Shown piece by piece: positions 1-12,812 of a stretch of 64,000 nucleotides of DNA. Numbering within the stretch: position 1 is the first letter of the stretch; each line of letters starts with the position of its first letter. A program made the position numbers and the translations under genes. The notes beneath the pieces were generated by a model that was given only the letters and a program-made list of their open reading frames with translations, searched no databases and was not told where the DNA came from. Source of the DNA: Botryllus schlosseri (Eukaryota). The DNA lies in assembly GCA_051294905.1 (NCBI GenBank), contig CM119371.1:28088001-28152000 (forward strand). The letters run 5' to 3'.

Positions 1-231
1 CAATCCGAATATACACAACACACATTGATTTATTCGACACCGCTTACTTAATGACTTGAAATTGACTCGTAAATTTTGCTCCGAGTCACGAGTCAATGTA
101 CATTTTTGGAGCTCCGAGTCAAGTCAAGTCAAGTCATTTTTCCAAAGTGACTCGAGTCAAGTCAAGTCATACGAAAAAGTTGACTCGAGTCTGACTCGAG
201 TCAAGTCATGACTCGAGTCATCCCAACACTG
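1..231. mobile_element. Right end of non-autonomous hAT-type element with (GACTCGAGTC/AAGTC) subterminal repeats
   Basis: Ends catcccaacactg, the reverse complement of cagtgttggga seen near 36978. Further copies at ~1500-1637, ~34560-34770, 37897-38452 and 53013-53591. Confidence 0.75.
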
Positions 232-332
232 CTGAAGACTGAACGATATTATGGCGCTTACTTTCCTAATGCGAAGCCGCGAGACTATATGAACTAGTCT
301 CTGAAAGGAACACCAGATGTCATAATGATTAG

Positions 333-900
333 TAGGGCGATTTTTTTACCTAAAAACAGAAGATTTTGACCTAAAAAAAACATTGACATTTTCTGATCTG
401 AAAAAACTTAATTTTGACCAAATTTTGACCTCACGTATGCAAATTAGATGTTTTCGCACAGGATTTTAAAATTGTACCCCTTACCCTCATTTCTGGATGG
501 AACTATCTGTCCTTCCGAAGTAGATTGGCCTGAAATAATGTTATTGACTTGAAAACTGACAAAAATTTTACATGAAAAAACTTGTATTTCAACTAAATCT
601 GACTCTATGAAGAATTCCAGTAATTACATCACGTATTATGGTATGAAAAATTTAAATTTATTTATTCAACGAAAGATACGTTCCTACTTCCTCGGGTAGA
701 AAGTGTATTTCCTTGCTAAATAGCTCGCCAATAATGGAGAAAGAACGTTCAACTGCAGCAGTTGTTTGCTGATAACACTGGAGTTTTGCGTACACTGCTG
801 CTGAAAAACCGTGTTATTGCTTCATTCTTACAATGCTGTCTACATCACAATTTTTCATCATGGGCTTCTTGATGTAAGAATCATGAAATGGTTAAGCAGT
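333..900 (-). pseudogene. hAT transposase C-terminal remnant
   Basis: Minus-strand translation ~690-880 reads SYIKK..NCDVDSIVRMKQ*..AAVYAKLQCYQQTTAAVERSFSIIGELFSKE, containing the hATC T-x-A-x-VERSFS motif. tagggcg terminus-like sequence at 333. Confidence 0.6.
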
Positions 901-1879
901 CCTGCTTCAATTAGGATATTGTGTACTTCGAGCATAACACCATGTCAACCTATTTGTTTCATTTGACCGTTTATGATTCTCAGTGAACAGACAATGGGCC
1001 GTCTACAACGGTAGGCCCATAAAGTAGGCTTCACGCTGTATCGCCAACACATACTTAGCGCTGCTAAACTATGCAAAAGTAACTGCCTCTGTCGATATTT
1101 ACCAGACAAAATAGAGAATGGAATGCGAAAACTCAGAAAGCTGAAACGAATTAATTTGATGCAGTACATACTCCGACTCCCCTTCACATCTATGAGATGC
1201 AATTCAAGCCTGCGTCAATGGTTGGCGAGTAACATGAACTTATAAACTCTATACAAATTCGATATAAATCATGCAAGAGGTTTGGTTGAGGTGAGCACTG
1301 ACCACAATGAGCAATCTATAGAACAGAGATAGATACTTTGCTATCGGATCATCTTCTTACTATTTTACGGCAATGTAAGCATTAGCTTCGATCATTTCGT
1401 TTGCGGCTCAGTATAACGCACAACCATTGATTGGCGCTCTCACCCGTCCCACCAAGTTATCGTGAACAATCCGCACATGTGCAAGATACGGTGATCTTGA
1501 TCGACACCAATTACTCGACGACTTGATATTGACTAGTAAATTTAGTTTCGAGTCACGATTCAATCCACATTTCTGAAAGGCCAAGTCAAGTCAAGTCAAG
1601 TCATGCGAAAAAGGTTACTCTAGTCATGTCAACACTGATGTCATAGCAGTGTTTTAAAACCCCAGAGTGAAGGTGAGCCGAGCCAAAAGATCAAGTTACG
1701 CGCGCATGAAAATGAGAGACCGATGGTGAAAGAGCTCGAGCGCGGAAGTCGTCCGTAATATTACAAAGACCAATAAAGACCCTTGTAATAACTGAAGTTA
1801 CTGTCGTCTTTCAAATGACCTTATAGGCGATGAGCGCCACTGTTATACGTGCGAATTAAACATATACTAAATATTAAGG

Positions 1880-2197
1880 TAGGGTTACCATAATTTGGAA
1901 ATCTGAAAAGTGGACACTTTTTCAAAATTTTCAGACTTGCAATACCGGAGGAAAATCCTGAATAAGCGGTAAATTTTTCCAACCTCATGGTCGGTTGACT
2001 AAAAAAGGCATACTTTCTGGCTCAACTCCCCATTTACGGTTTTTCTTTCACACTATCCGTTGGTTGACTAAAAAAGGTCAGTCATAAAAGAGGAAAAAAT
2101 CTCAAAAAGAGGACATTTTTGCGTCCTCCATGGACACTTTCAAAAATTTCAAAAGAAGAGGACAAATCCTCTTAAAATAGGACGCATGGTAACCCTA
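1880..2197. mobile_element. hAT MITE (TIR tagggttaccat)
   Basis: 12-bp TIR; degenerate 8-bp TSD tattaagg/tgttaaga; gaggaca subterminal motifs. Confidence 0.8.
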
Positions 2198-3270
2198 TGT
2201 TAAGATCCATACTGCCCGATGCAGCTCATTAATTTTTGTTTTATAGAAAATATTAGACATAGAACCAGCATTTTAAAAGTGTCGAGTTTGGAATGGGAGG
2301 GGTATAGACCTCAGACCCCACCCGCTGGCTACGCCAATGTTCGTATCGATGACTATGAGCTGACAATGTCTGCAAGCTCATCATACAACAGTAACCCGGT
2401 ATCACGGTTGACGCCAAATGATGACACCTAGTTTCTAGTTGTTCGGCAACTAATATTATTTTAAATACGCAACCAGAACTAGAACTACTGACTTTTCAAA
2501 ATATGCAACTACTACTAGAACTACCGGTACTTAGTTTTTGAAATCCACAACTAGAACAAAACTAGACCTACGCACATTTCAAAATCGGTAACTAAAATTA
2601 GAACTTCTCACGTTTAGAATTCCGCAATTAAAACTAGAAATACTTAATAAACCGTTACTGTCATGACTGTCAACTAACTAAATGGTTAGTTTGTACAAGG
2701 CTGTCTGCATCGCATATTCGTTATGTAATTTCCCCCGTTACAGTGATCTACTTGAATGAAAGTATGGAGCATGCATATCTATTTGCGCTGTCGGTATATA
2801 GCTGCAATAGTTCAGTAATCCCTAAACTCGTGGTGACGTACTGTTTAGATGCCAACTCTTCAATCACAACTTCAAAATTTCAACTAGACATGAATGATGT
2901 CGGATCATATTCAGGAGCGCTTATTGTAACTATAATTCCCCGGACTAGGGCTGCATTTAAAACAGAAATAAATTTAAAACAAACATGTTTAAAACAAGAC
3001 CCGTGTATAAAATATGTTTTTTACTGTTTGTTTAAGCCATGACGTCACGGATATTCAGTTGTGACGCCATAGTGGATTGACATTACGAATTGAAAATATA
3101 GGGTAAATATAGCTTTTTGACGAAATATCTACGTACTATGGCTGTTGAACCGACTATTTTGAGGGTTTCAACCATCCCATATCGTATACATCGGCTATAT
3201 CCGATGGTAATTGTCCGTAGGCTCATACAACTGGAATTTTTTTAAAAGGCGGTTAAAACATGTTTTAAAC

Positions 3271-4840
3271 CAGAGGTCTCAAACGCGATACCATTTTGTG
3301 CGGCCCGCGACGGTATTTTGGATTTCGAAGTATTCGACAATATTTAACTACCATTTTTTTAATTTGAGAACTTAAAATTCGCTCTAAAACAACTCCAGAA
3401 GCCTGAAACTACTCTTCAAACTTCACTAATACATCACTTTCAAAAGTTACCACGCAGTGGAAGATCAACTATTACGTGAAATTACTTGTTTATAATGGTA
3501 AAACATGACCCGTTGATGATTCGTGACGGAAAATTGTGAATTTGACTTTGGCGCGACCTTCTGTAGAATTACTCGAACTCGTACTCGTCGCGTCAAACGC
3601 TACAATCAGAGAAGGACTTTGGTGACTCGGAATGCCGCGACTTGGTACAACCACGTGCGCAACAAACCATGGTGTCCTATATGGTGTGGACACAAGCAAA
3701 TCTCACGGCTCATTGAAATTGGTGTACGTCACACTTTCCATTTGGTCAAAGGCAATTTGACGGTAATTTTTGACCGACTTGCCTCGCAAGAAATTTGATA
3801 AAACGGGTATCCATCGCTACCGCGGTACTGATTGCGAGAATATATATTTATTCTGCTCGTGGTCCTGGAACTCCCCAAAAACAGCCTAGAATGTTGCATT
3901 GTAAGTGAGTTTGGTATTGTGTCGCAGCAATGACGTCTGGGAGCAGGTGAGGACCACCACAAGCTACAAGCGTATTGGCCATTGTTGCGCAAGCGATTGA
4001 GCATTCTCACTCTCGTGCGCATTTGCTCCTGAGCTGCTGAGACGGCATGGTTGCATCACAATACCAAACTCACTTACAATGCAACATCGGAGGCCTATTT
4101 GGCGAGTTCCAGGGCCACGAACTGAATAAAATTTCGCAATCAGTACCGTGGTAGCTTTCCATTGATACTCGTTTTATCAAATTTAATGCTGGACAAGCCG
4201 GTCGAAATTACCGTCAAATTGCCTTTGACCAAATGAAAAGTGAGACGTGAACCAATTTCACTGAGCCGTGAGATTTGCTTGTGTCCACACCATATAGGAC
4301 ACTATGAACAAACTATCAAACTGGTATGAGAAATAGTAAAATATCAAAAGGTCGTAGCTTGCGTTGCGTAGCTTATTTAGATATCTAAGCAGGTAGGTAT
4401 GGCAAATGCCATTGGCATTATGTTGCCCCTTTGATGTATAGTTGGTTGTTACATCCTGTGCCATCTTGGGTATATGCTATTATCGCCAATTTAATGTCGC
4501 GAGTTTTAACTAGTCGTGCCTACGCTTCACAGCTGTAACACCAATGAATACTTCGGCTATTGCACATTTCTATTGTTGTGGCACAAATCCATTATCTTCA
4601 AGTTGTTATTGATCTGTTCCAACATTCGAAGGTAAAATCAAACGCTGATTCTATTTAACTTTCGTAATGACATGTCAATATAGCCTATAGTTATCAGGAG
4701 TAGGCCTATGCTCCAAGTCCGGAAATAAGACCTACTTTGAAATACATTGAATTCCCCTATTATTTATTGGTGCTGTGGCCCGCGGCGCCATCAACAAGTA
4801 GGAAATTGACCCGCGAGCACATTTGAGTTTGAGACCTCTG
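3271..4840. mobile_element. hAT (Charlie/Buster-type) non-autonomous element
   Basis: 14-bp perfect TIR cagaggtctcaaac; perfect 8-bp TSD ttttaaac; gcggcccgcg subterminal motif. Confidence 0.92.
3668..4306. mobile_element. P-element-like foldback MITE
   Basis: ~270-bp inverted arms beginning cat(g/a)gtgtcctatatggtgtggacac; 7-bp TSD aacaaac (3661-3667, 4307-4313). Confidence 0.82.
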
Positions 4841-4985
4841 TTTTAAACAAAGTGTTTTAAACAGCCATTTACTTTAAATACAACCCTATTTATACCTTGG
4901 TAATTGTTTTGGTATCCGTAACGTTTCGAACGTTCAGTCAATTCACAGTAGTCCAACTTGGCGCTCGGTCAGCTTGTGCTTTAGG

Positions 4986-5263
4986 TAGGCTTACCATATT
5001 TTGTAAATCTAAAAAGAGGACACTTTTTCAGAAATTTGAGACTTGCAAAGCCGGAGAAGAATTCTCAAAATTCGGCGAACTTTTCCCCCTTTGTGATCGG
5101 TTGATTAAAAAAAAGGTCATATTTTCGCTCAGAGCTCAAAATACCGTTTGAGCGTCACTGCTGTGCTAATTTACGGCATATCACTCGCATTTTGCTCTAA
5201 ATATTACCTAAATTTTCAAAAAAGAGGACAAAATCTCAAAAAAGAGGACGTATGGTAACCCTA
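4986..5263. mobile_element. hAT MITE, second copy of the 1880-2197 family
   Basis: TIR taggcttaccat/atggtaacccta; perfect TSD gctttagg. Confidence 0.9.
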
Positions 5264-6224
5264 GCTTTAGGTCTTCACAAGTTACCGGCGGTCAATTAAT
5301 ATTCACGTCACAACAAAATGAATTTTACAACGTGCAACACGTCAACGAGTGTGCGTGTCACTTGAGAAATCATGGAGGTGAGGAAAATTAATTTTGATTG
5401 GTGGTAATTGCACTAATTGAAAACTGCCAACGTTCTTTCATTGATCAACGATCAACGATCAACAGAGTCCTTCCTGACTCGACTGGAGGGGACAGTCAGC
5501 GTATTCAGCGCTCGGTAAACGCTTATCGGGCTTGCAATACTACATTGAGCATCTGTTGCGTGAGTTACGTGTGCACTGTACAAAGCATGCTAATTTGCGT
5601 TCACGCTTATACATTAGGCTGACCAACAAATGTGGGTTAATCTTGTCAGGCAGATTGCTTTGCAGATTATAATCATCTCTACCCTCGGATTTCCGCAGAG
5701 GCTTTCTGGACTATTTTTATTTTGTTTGATGTCGACGTACGTGTGCGAAGCTATATTCTCTGACCTCGTTGCCATTGAAAGTTACGTGACCGTATAGTAA
5801 TTTGCCTTCACGCTGGTAAAATTAATCTAACACACGAATAACAATGGGATTTATGTTTTGAGGTTTTCCGCTTGCATGGCAGATTACAAATATCACTATA
5901 GTATCTCCACCATAGCATTTTCGCACAGCAGACTTGTACAAACTATTCGATTTTAAACATTCGCTACTAGAACTACGACTAGAGCTATGATCACTTTTAA
6001 AACAACGTAGCCAAACTAACTAAAACACAACTAGCTAGCTTAAATTCTAAAGTATCTTATTGTTTTAATTTTATCGGAATCACATCGGCTTTCCATGCAA
6101 GCATTGTTACAAATATATGGGGTTTGGGCCTCCAAAACTGACCGTTTGCCCTCTGGCTGCGCCTTAGTAGTGTTGACTTAGAGCTAGCAATGGTGAGTGT
6201 CTTTATTTTGTACTATGAACTTAA

Positions 6225-6415
6225 TGAAAAAAGGAAGCTAATGGAAAATCAAGCTAACGAAACAAGCTAATGAAACAAGAAAGCGAATGAAAATATGAAG
6301 CTACGGAGTTAACGAAGCTAATGAAACAATGAAGCTAGCAAAACACGAATTCAATGAAACAACGAACCTAATGAAATAAGGAAGCTGGTGACAATCTGAA
6401 GCTAATGAAAACAGG
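6225..6415. repeat. Degenerate short tandem repeat (GAAGCTAATGAAAC-like)
   Basis: About ten imperfect copies of aagctaatgaaa. Confidence 0.7.
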
Positions 6416-6959
6416 ATACATCGATATGCGCTGCTAGTAGACCTATAGCAACGACAGTAATTATAACTCTTCGTAACATAGAATTTGGAAGTCAACTCCT
6501 CTATAGCAAATTGGAAATTTCAGCTATACATGAATGATCCCGGATAATATTCAGTATCACATAATGTGATTGTAATGCCCTAAGATCTGAGCATGAGGGA
6601 AATAATAACGACACACACTCTCGACACTATACCGAACTTGCGACTCGATAACGCTAGCCAGCTGATTAAGCGACTGATTACTATGGCAAGGTTATTCCTC
6701 ACGCAAAGAATGAATAACTGTCGCAGTGCAGCTGTGTTAGCAAGACATGCGACGTGCTGCCGTATCCGTTTCCTTATTGCTGCACCTATTCAGTGGTGGC
6801 TTTTGGGGTAGGCGAGGTAGGCGGTCGCCTAGGGCCCCCCCTGGTTGATTTACGCGCTTTCGAGGGGCCCCCCCCTCCTCAGTTTACGCGCTTTTTTCAA
6901 CTATTTCTCCGGTTTACGCGCTTTTTTTCGAGTATTACCATTTCCCGAATAACCGCGGA

Positions 6960-8085
6960 ATCCTTGTATCCATAAAGAATCCTGGTATTGTACCGTAAAG
7001 AGGGGTCAAACATCAATCCACATTTTGTAGTTATCATTTTACGAATAACCACAAAAATCCATGCACCAATGTAGAATATGGTACCGTAAGCAATTGTCGA
7101 TCATTAAATTCCTGCACTTGGTGCAAGAGCTCACTTCGATTTTATAATCTCTATCCATTTTGCCATTAGTTAAAGGGCCCCCCTCCTACATTTACGCGAA
7201 TGTTATCATTTTGCAGATAACTGCGAAAATACATGTACCCATGTAGAATATAATACCGTAAACAGTAGTCAACCCGCTAAAAGAGCTTACTTTGATTTTA
7301 TAGGGGGGGGCCCCCCCTCCTACATTTATGCAAATTTTAGTTATCATTTTGCGAATAGCCGTGAAAATACATGTAGGCCTACTGCCTACATATGTAAAAT
7401 ATAGTACCGTAAGCAGTAGTCGATCATTAAATTTCTGCACTAGTTGCAAGAGCTCACTTTGATTTTATGATCTCTATCCATTTTGACAGTAGGTAAAGGG
7501 CCCCCCTCCTACATTTACGCGAATGTTATCATTTTGCAAATAACTGTGAAAATACATGTACCCATGTAGAATATAATACCGTAAACAGTAGTCAATTATT
7601 AAATTTCTGCACCCGCTAAAATGGCTTACTTTGATTTTATGAGGGCGCCTTCTTCATTTATGCGATTTTTGGTTATCATTTTACGAATAACCGTGAAAAT
7701 ATATGTACCCATGTAGCATCTGGTACTGTAAACAGCAGTCGATCATTACATTTCTGCATCAGATAAATAGCTTGCTTTGATTTTATGAGGCCCCCCCCCC
7801 TACATTTATGCGAATTTTCGTTATCATTTTGCGAATAACCGTGAAAATATATTTACCGATGTCGAATATGGTACCGTAAACAGTCTATCATTAAATTTCT
7901 GCACCCGCTTAAAGAGCTTACTTTGAATTCATGAGGGCCCCCCTCCCACATTTATGCGAATTTTCGTAATCATTTTGCGAATAACCGTGAAAATACATGC
8001 AGGCCTACCGATGTAGAATATGGTACTATAAACTGTGTTCGATAATTGAATTTCTGTGCTTGTTAAAAGAGCTTCTATTTTATGT
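6960..8085. repeat. ~145-bp tandem array inside the hAT element
   Basis: Recurrent unit gggcccccc-tcctacatttatgcgaa...gaataaccgtgaaaatacatgtacccatgtagaata...gagcttactttgatttta; about 7 copies. Confidence 0.88.
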
Positions 8086-8232
8086 CAATGAGGTCATATT
8101 ATAACATGTAATGAATTATTATTGAATATATACTTCCTAGTGGCAGCAGTGTATATTTCAGTGCATCAAAATTTTCAGTATATGTTTGTGTGAGATTCTA
8201 CTTGATAGCTCTTGATGCCAGCTTTCATATGG

Positions 8233-8498
8233 TGAGAGAGAGAGAGAGAGATATGATATTCTTTCTCGCCTGCACCATCGAGATGCTTTGGCGACGGAGT
8301 TGCGATACGGCCCCATGAGGTCATCTAGTCTGCGCCCCCGTTTATTTTTTCTCCTCCATGCTATCCGTGATTGCTGAGCGCCTAGCAGGATAGCTGCGGA
8401 TACCATTTTTCGAGTCTTTGGTATGACCCGGCCGGGGATCGAACCCACGACCTACCGCTCGAGAAGCCGGACGCATAACCATTACACTATCTCGCTGG
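8233..8498 (-). mobile_element. tRNA-derived SINE with (CT)n tail
   Basis: On the minus strand: A box tagtgtaatgg, B box ggttcgatcc, then gtcataccaaagactcgaaaaatggta...ggcgctcagca (resembles the Meta-SINE central domain, from memory), then the (CT)n tail. Confidence 0.85.
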
Positions 8499-11400
8499 TA
8501 TGTTAATTTCTAATGAAGCGAGTCCACACTGAGCCTGAATATCCAAAATATCAAAGGAAATAGTCATTTAAAAAGCCAATGAAAGCATGTAGGCTATTAT
8601 AGCCTATATATTGTTGTTTACTGAGCCATTCTCATGACTCAACATATTTGTTGTGAATTAGGCCTTTTCTGAATGGAAATCCATTCTCAGGGTTGTCATG
8701 ATTTGTTCATTTCTTGTCTGGCAGCTTCCTAAATACCCAAAGGTTATGTAGTATGGTGTTTTAAGCTGTTTGCAGGAATCTTAAATTGCAACTTTTCTTC
8801 ATTTTTTCAAGCAATTTTTGGAGCTTTTCGATTTTTCATGCAACTCACTCTTTACTGGAAATATTTGGTAGGCTACTATATGTAAATAGATCGCTTGATT
8901 ATTTCACTGTGGTTTGAATTTGAGGTCATTTCAGATTTGACGTACATTCAGGCTAGACCGCCGTAAATTATATTACCACTGGGTCAATTTTTTCAGACAA
9001 TTGATTTTGTCGAAGGCGCTAACACTGAGTTTTGCGACGGTGCCTTGGATACGCATCGATTCGAGTGTCTCATACCTTAATAATTTCAAGGAACTTATCC
9101 ATAAATGTACCTTTTTAATGTAACTTTAGTGAAAAATAAATGCAACTTTCCACGGATTTGACTGCAACCAAGATTTGCCCTAAGATCAGGTGTTGCATAA
9201 GACAATTTTGACCATTACATTCTTCAAATGGGCTACCAGTTCAATATAAATATGACCCGGTAAACAGCATATTAAGTAAGGCGCACTCGTCAGTTGACAA
9301 CCGTACACTTCATTAGCTACGATCAGTTTGGTCACTCATTTAAAAGTTATGCTGTAATTTGTTGCATCAGTATCTCCTAATTACCGTACTCTAGTCAAGT
9401 ATCTGCTACAATGCCGTGAGTACATGCTAAATGTAAGTCAGAATCTCAGAAAAGGAAGTGGTTCAGATTCAGAAAGAAATGACAGTGCAAATTTTGAACT
9501 GCTACACAAATATTTTAACAATCAATGTCAGCTCAGGAATGTTCTGCACAAATTGAGGATGATGCTGTTTTCCCAACAATTATAATGCCTTATGACTTGA
9601 ATGATGTAACAGTGCTTTCAAATACGTATATGGTATTTGATTGTAGTGGTCTTTTGTCTGTGCTATTTGTGGCTTTTTAGGTTTAATCCAACCAGGCAAG
9701 TTCTTACAGACAAAAAGATTTTCTCCAATCTTACAAATTTCTCATTAGTGAGTGTTGTTTCGTGTGTGTAACAGTTTATTTACAAATTGTGCTGCTACTG
9801 TAGTACCGTATGTCCGTATACTTCAAAGTTTGTTGTTGTTGCCATTGTTACAATGTGAATGTCATGGTTTGTGATTTTAACTGTTGCATCATATTTGCCT
9901 TTTTGGTTTTGCTTTTAAATCTGTTTAAATCCCTTTGGTGTGCCGTTAACTCTTGACAAGTGGCACCCGAAAATTCGAGTGCAAGAAATATTATATTACA
10001 ATGGATGTTGTATTGAAAGCTATATTCTTACTGATCGTGGAACTAGCTCTTCACAGGTTATACCAGTGCTGATGTGTTCCTGTGGTATTACTGGTGTTGT
10101 ACCACGTTGCCGCACATTTTGCTCTATGCCTAATCATACAACAAAATCTTCTTGGTAGAAAAAAGATAGGCCCAATCCAGCACCTGGCTGAAACCTTGAC
10201 GTGGTGTGCTGGCTTATTACTAATGTCATCCGACAGCTTTCTGGATTTATTTTTATATGGTCTATTTGGCGTGCAGTTGCCTTGGTATACTATTATGTCA
10301 TGATACATCCCATAATTCTTCTAAATAGGTGGGTCTCGACACGCACTATAGTTCACTTGAGTCACTTGTTTTCAAATATGACAAGTAGTACTTTGGCATG
10401 GCATTATAATTATTGAATATGGTTACAGTTTTATCATGATGTACAGACAATGTACTACCGGAACAGTGCATACGAGGTGTACAACAATAAAAGCTTCTTT
10501 CAACGTTAGTAAGGGGGGTCTGGGGGGCGTAGCCCCCCAGAAGTTGCGATAATGTAGATAAGGGGGGCCCCCCGGAAGTTTCGCCTAGGGCCCCCCTAAT
10601 CGTAAGGCCACCACTGCACCTATTGGTTTATTGCGTAAGCTTAAACTGCAGCTTAACGCTATACGACAAACCCTACATGAGTTTTACTTGTATACCGAGC
10701 CGCCAGCAAAGCCCTGTCGAGCGCATATACGTGTAGCCTACTTATACAAAACATTTCCTGTTCCAAAGTAACGTTCGCAGCCGTTGTTCAGTTCATAGTT
10801 ATTCGCATCGTTATTCGTTACGGCAAACTTGATGATGATTGACTAATTTCAGTCCCTACCTATGAGGCAAGCATATCATTCGTCCATATACTCTGGAACA
10901 ATTTTATAATATTGTGCCTATGTATAACAACAAATTGACATGCATCCCATTCGGTTTTTCCCACCATGGAAACTTGGAACGGTATTGTATACATGGGATA
11001 GGCCTACTGTCTAACACACCAGTTCCCAACCAGGGGAAATATGGCGACTTACTGAAATCGTGTACAAGGTACATGGCAAAAAAGGTATGTCATAGTGAGC
11101 TATCAATATCCTTGCTTCGCAATCGGCACCGCGATCCGACGACAACTACGACGCAGTACTACGGTAGTGATCGGAAACTCAGATACGGCTTTCACCAGCC
11201 GTTTTAAAACGTTCTCACTCAGCACCCCGTTATCAAGCTACACGAAATATCGTCGTCGACCCCTAAAAGCTTGTGGTCATCAGTAACAAAATACTTCTAC
11301 TTTTTCGTATTACTCAATCGGGTTTCATTTACTTGTTTCACTTGCTCAAGTAGCTTTGTTTCCATATACTTCAACAAGGTATACGTATTTGATGTAGTCA

Positions 11401-12812
11401 AGTGAAACGGTTTTTTTAAGTACTTCAACGAGGCGTTGCTTCGAAATTGAGAAGATTCATAAACAAGTTAAATTGGTGAAATGCAGTAACCCGCGGAACA
11501 CTTACACTATTCTGCAAGCCTTCGCGTAACCCCAAATTTTCGCGGGTCATAAAAACTTCAAGCTACATCTATAACTACACATCTGATGCGTTACTAGTGA
11601 TTATTGGTGTACAAAATGAAATGCGCAGCAACAGAGTGTTAAAAGAACGAAATTATTGAAATGTCATTTTCACAGGAAACGAAGAAATGATAATGAATAT
11701 TTATTGAAAATCTGTGGTTACCCTTCCGATACCAATTTAGAAACGCGAGGCTTCGCCTTGCAAACTAACAACGTATTTTCTGATTATGCTAGCGGACCGC
11801 TGCCATATAAACATTGATTCACGTACATGTACTTCGTACAGTCGTACACCTAGTTCACAAGATAAATTTCGCGCGTCGTGCGCATATCGCAAATCCTATT
11901 CACACATTGACGACTCGCGATTATACGCAATCTCCCTGATGTAGCCTTGTGACGACCAACGAGGCTTATGTTCACACAGTCGCGGACATTCAACCATGGT
12001 TGCTAGTGACACAACCTTCATTCCAACTTCAGGTGTCGCTTTTCCATCATGTTGCAATATCAATAACATCATATATAATTAAATATCAAGCAGACGTAGT
12101 TTTTAGAGAAGTAATTCTAGTTATTTTGAGTACTCGAGTAGGTTTGCTTACTTCCTCGAGTGATTGTGTTTTCATACTACTCACCAAACAAAAACATCAC
12201 GACTTGGTTTTTGCCAAGGTGCCAAGGATATCTATAAATATCCCTGGGTTTTGAAAATAGCACCCACATATTCAATGGCCATTTTGCGGTAGTCCCTAAG
12301 CGTCACCCTGCAATTTCAAAAGTAACTATTTCCAACTGACCCCGAGCGAACAACCAAATCTACTTTTAGAACTTTTTAAAAGTAGGCTACTCTATACAGA
12401 TTTATATTTTCGCTACTTCTACTTTAACCTGAGTAAATAATTGTAGCAATACTTCCACTACTTCAGTAGCCTCCCCTAGGTGTCCGCGAAGCATTTCCAG
12501 GGGGTCCGCGAAGCCTCTAAATTTGCAAATTGAATAATGTCCTAATTTTTTTTTTTTAGCAGAATCACGAGGCAGTTTGTGGCTCATTACGGCTAAAAAT
12601 TAATGATTCGCATCAACAGAAAGGTCGTCTTCGAATAAATATTCTATTGTGAAAACTCATTTTAATAGCCAATAGCCAACTGATACAAACATATTGATTT
12701 TTGGAGAGGTTTTGTTGGGGATAGTGGAAAAAATAGAAGTTGGAGTAGGAAGATCGGGAAGGGTGACAGCTGACTTCGAAATGTTTTTAAAAATCCATTA
12801 TCACCTTAGATA

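Larger units (their letters stand above)
2946..4888. mobile_element. hAT-like MITE with tttaaaac repeats (outer element of a 3-level nest)
   Basis: TIR tagggctgcatttaaa / tttaaatacaacccta. Inverted sister copy at 16804-17336. No TSD seen. Confidence 0.7.
6791..10616. mobile_element. 3.8-kb non-autonomous hAT element
   Basis: TIR cagtggtggc; perfect TSD cacctatt; cgcctagggccccc subterminal motif at both ends. Confidence 0.9.

Noticed and set aside
8420..8498. tRNA gene-like A/B boxes (also ~22260-22328)
   Set aside because: Followed by a SINE body and tail or flanked by a TSD; no convincing acceptor stem.
9410..9520. KSESQKRK..LHKYF as the N-terminus of a hAT transposase
   Set aside because: Suggestive given its position in the element, but too short and interrupted to call.
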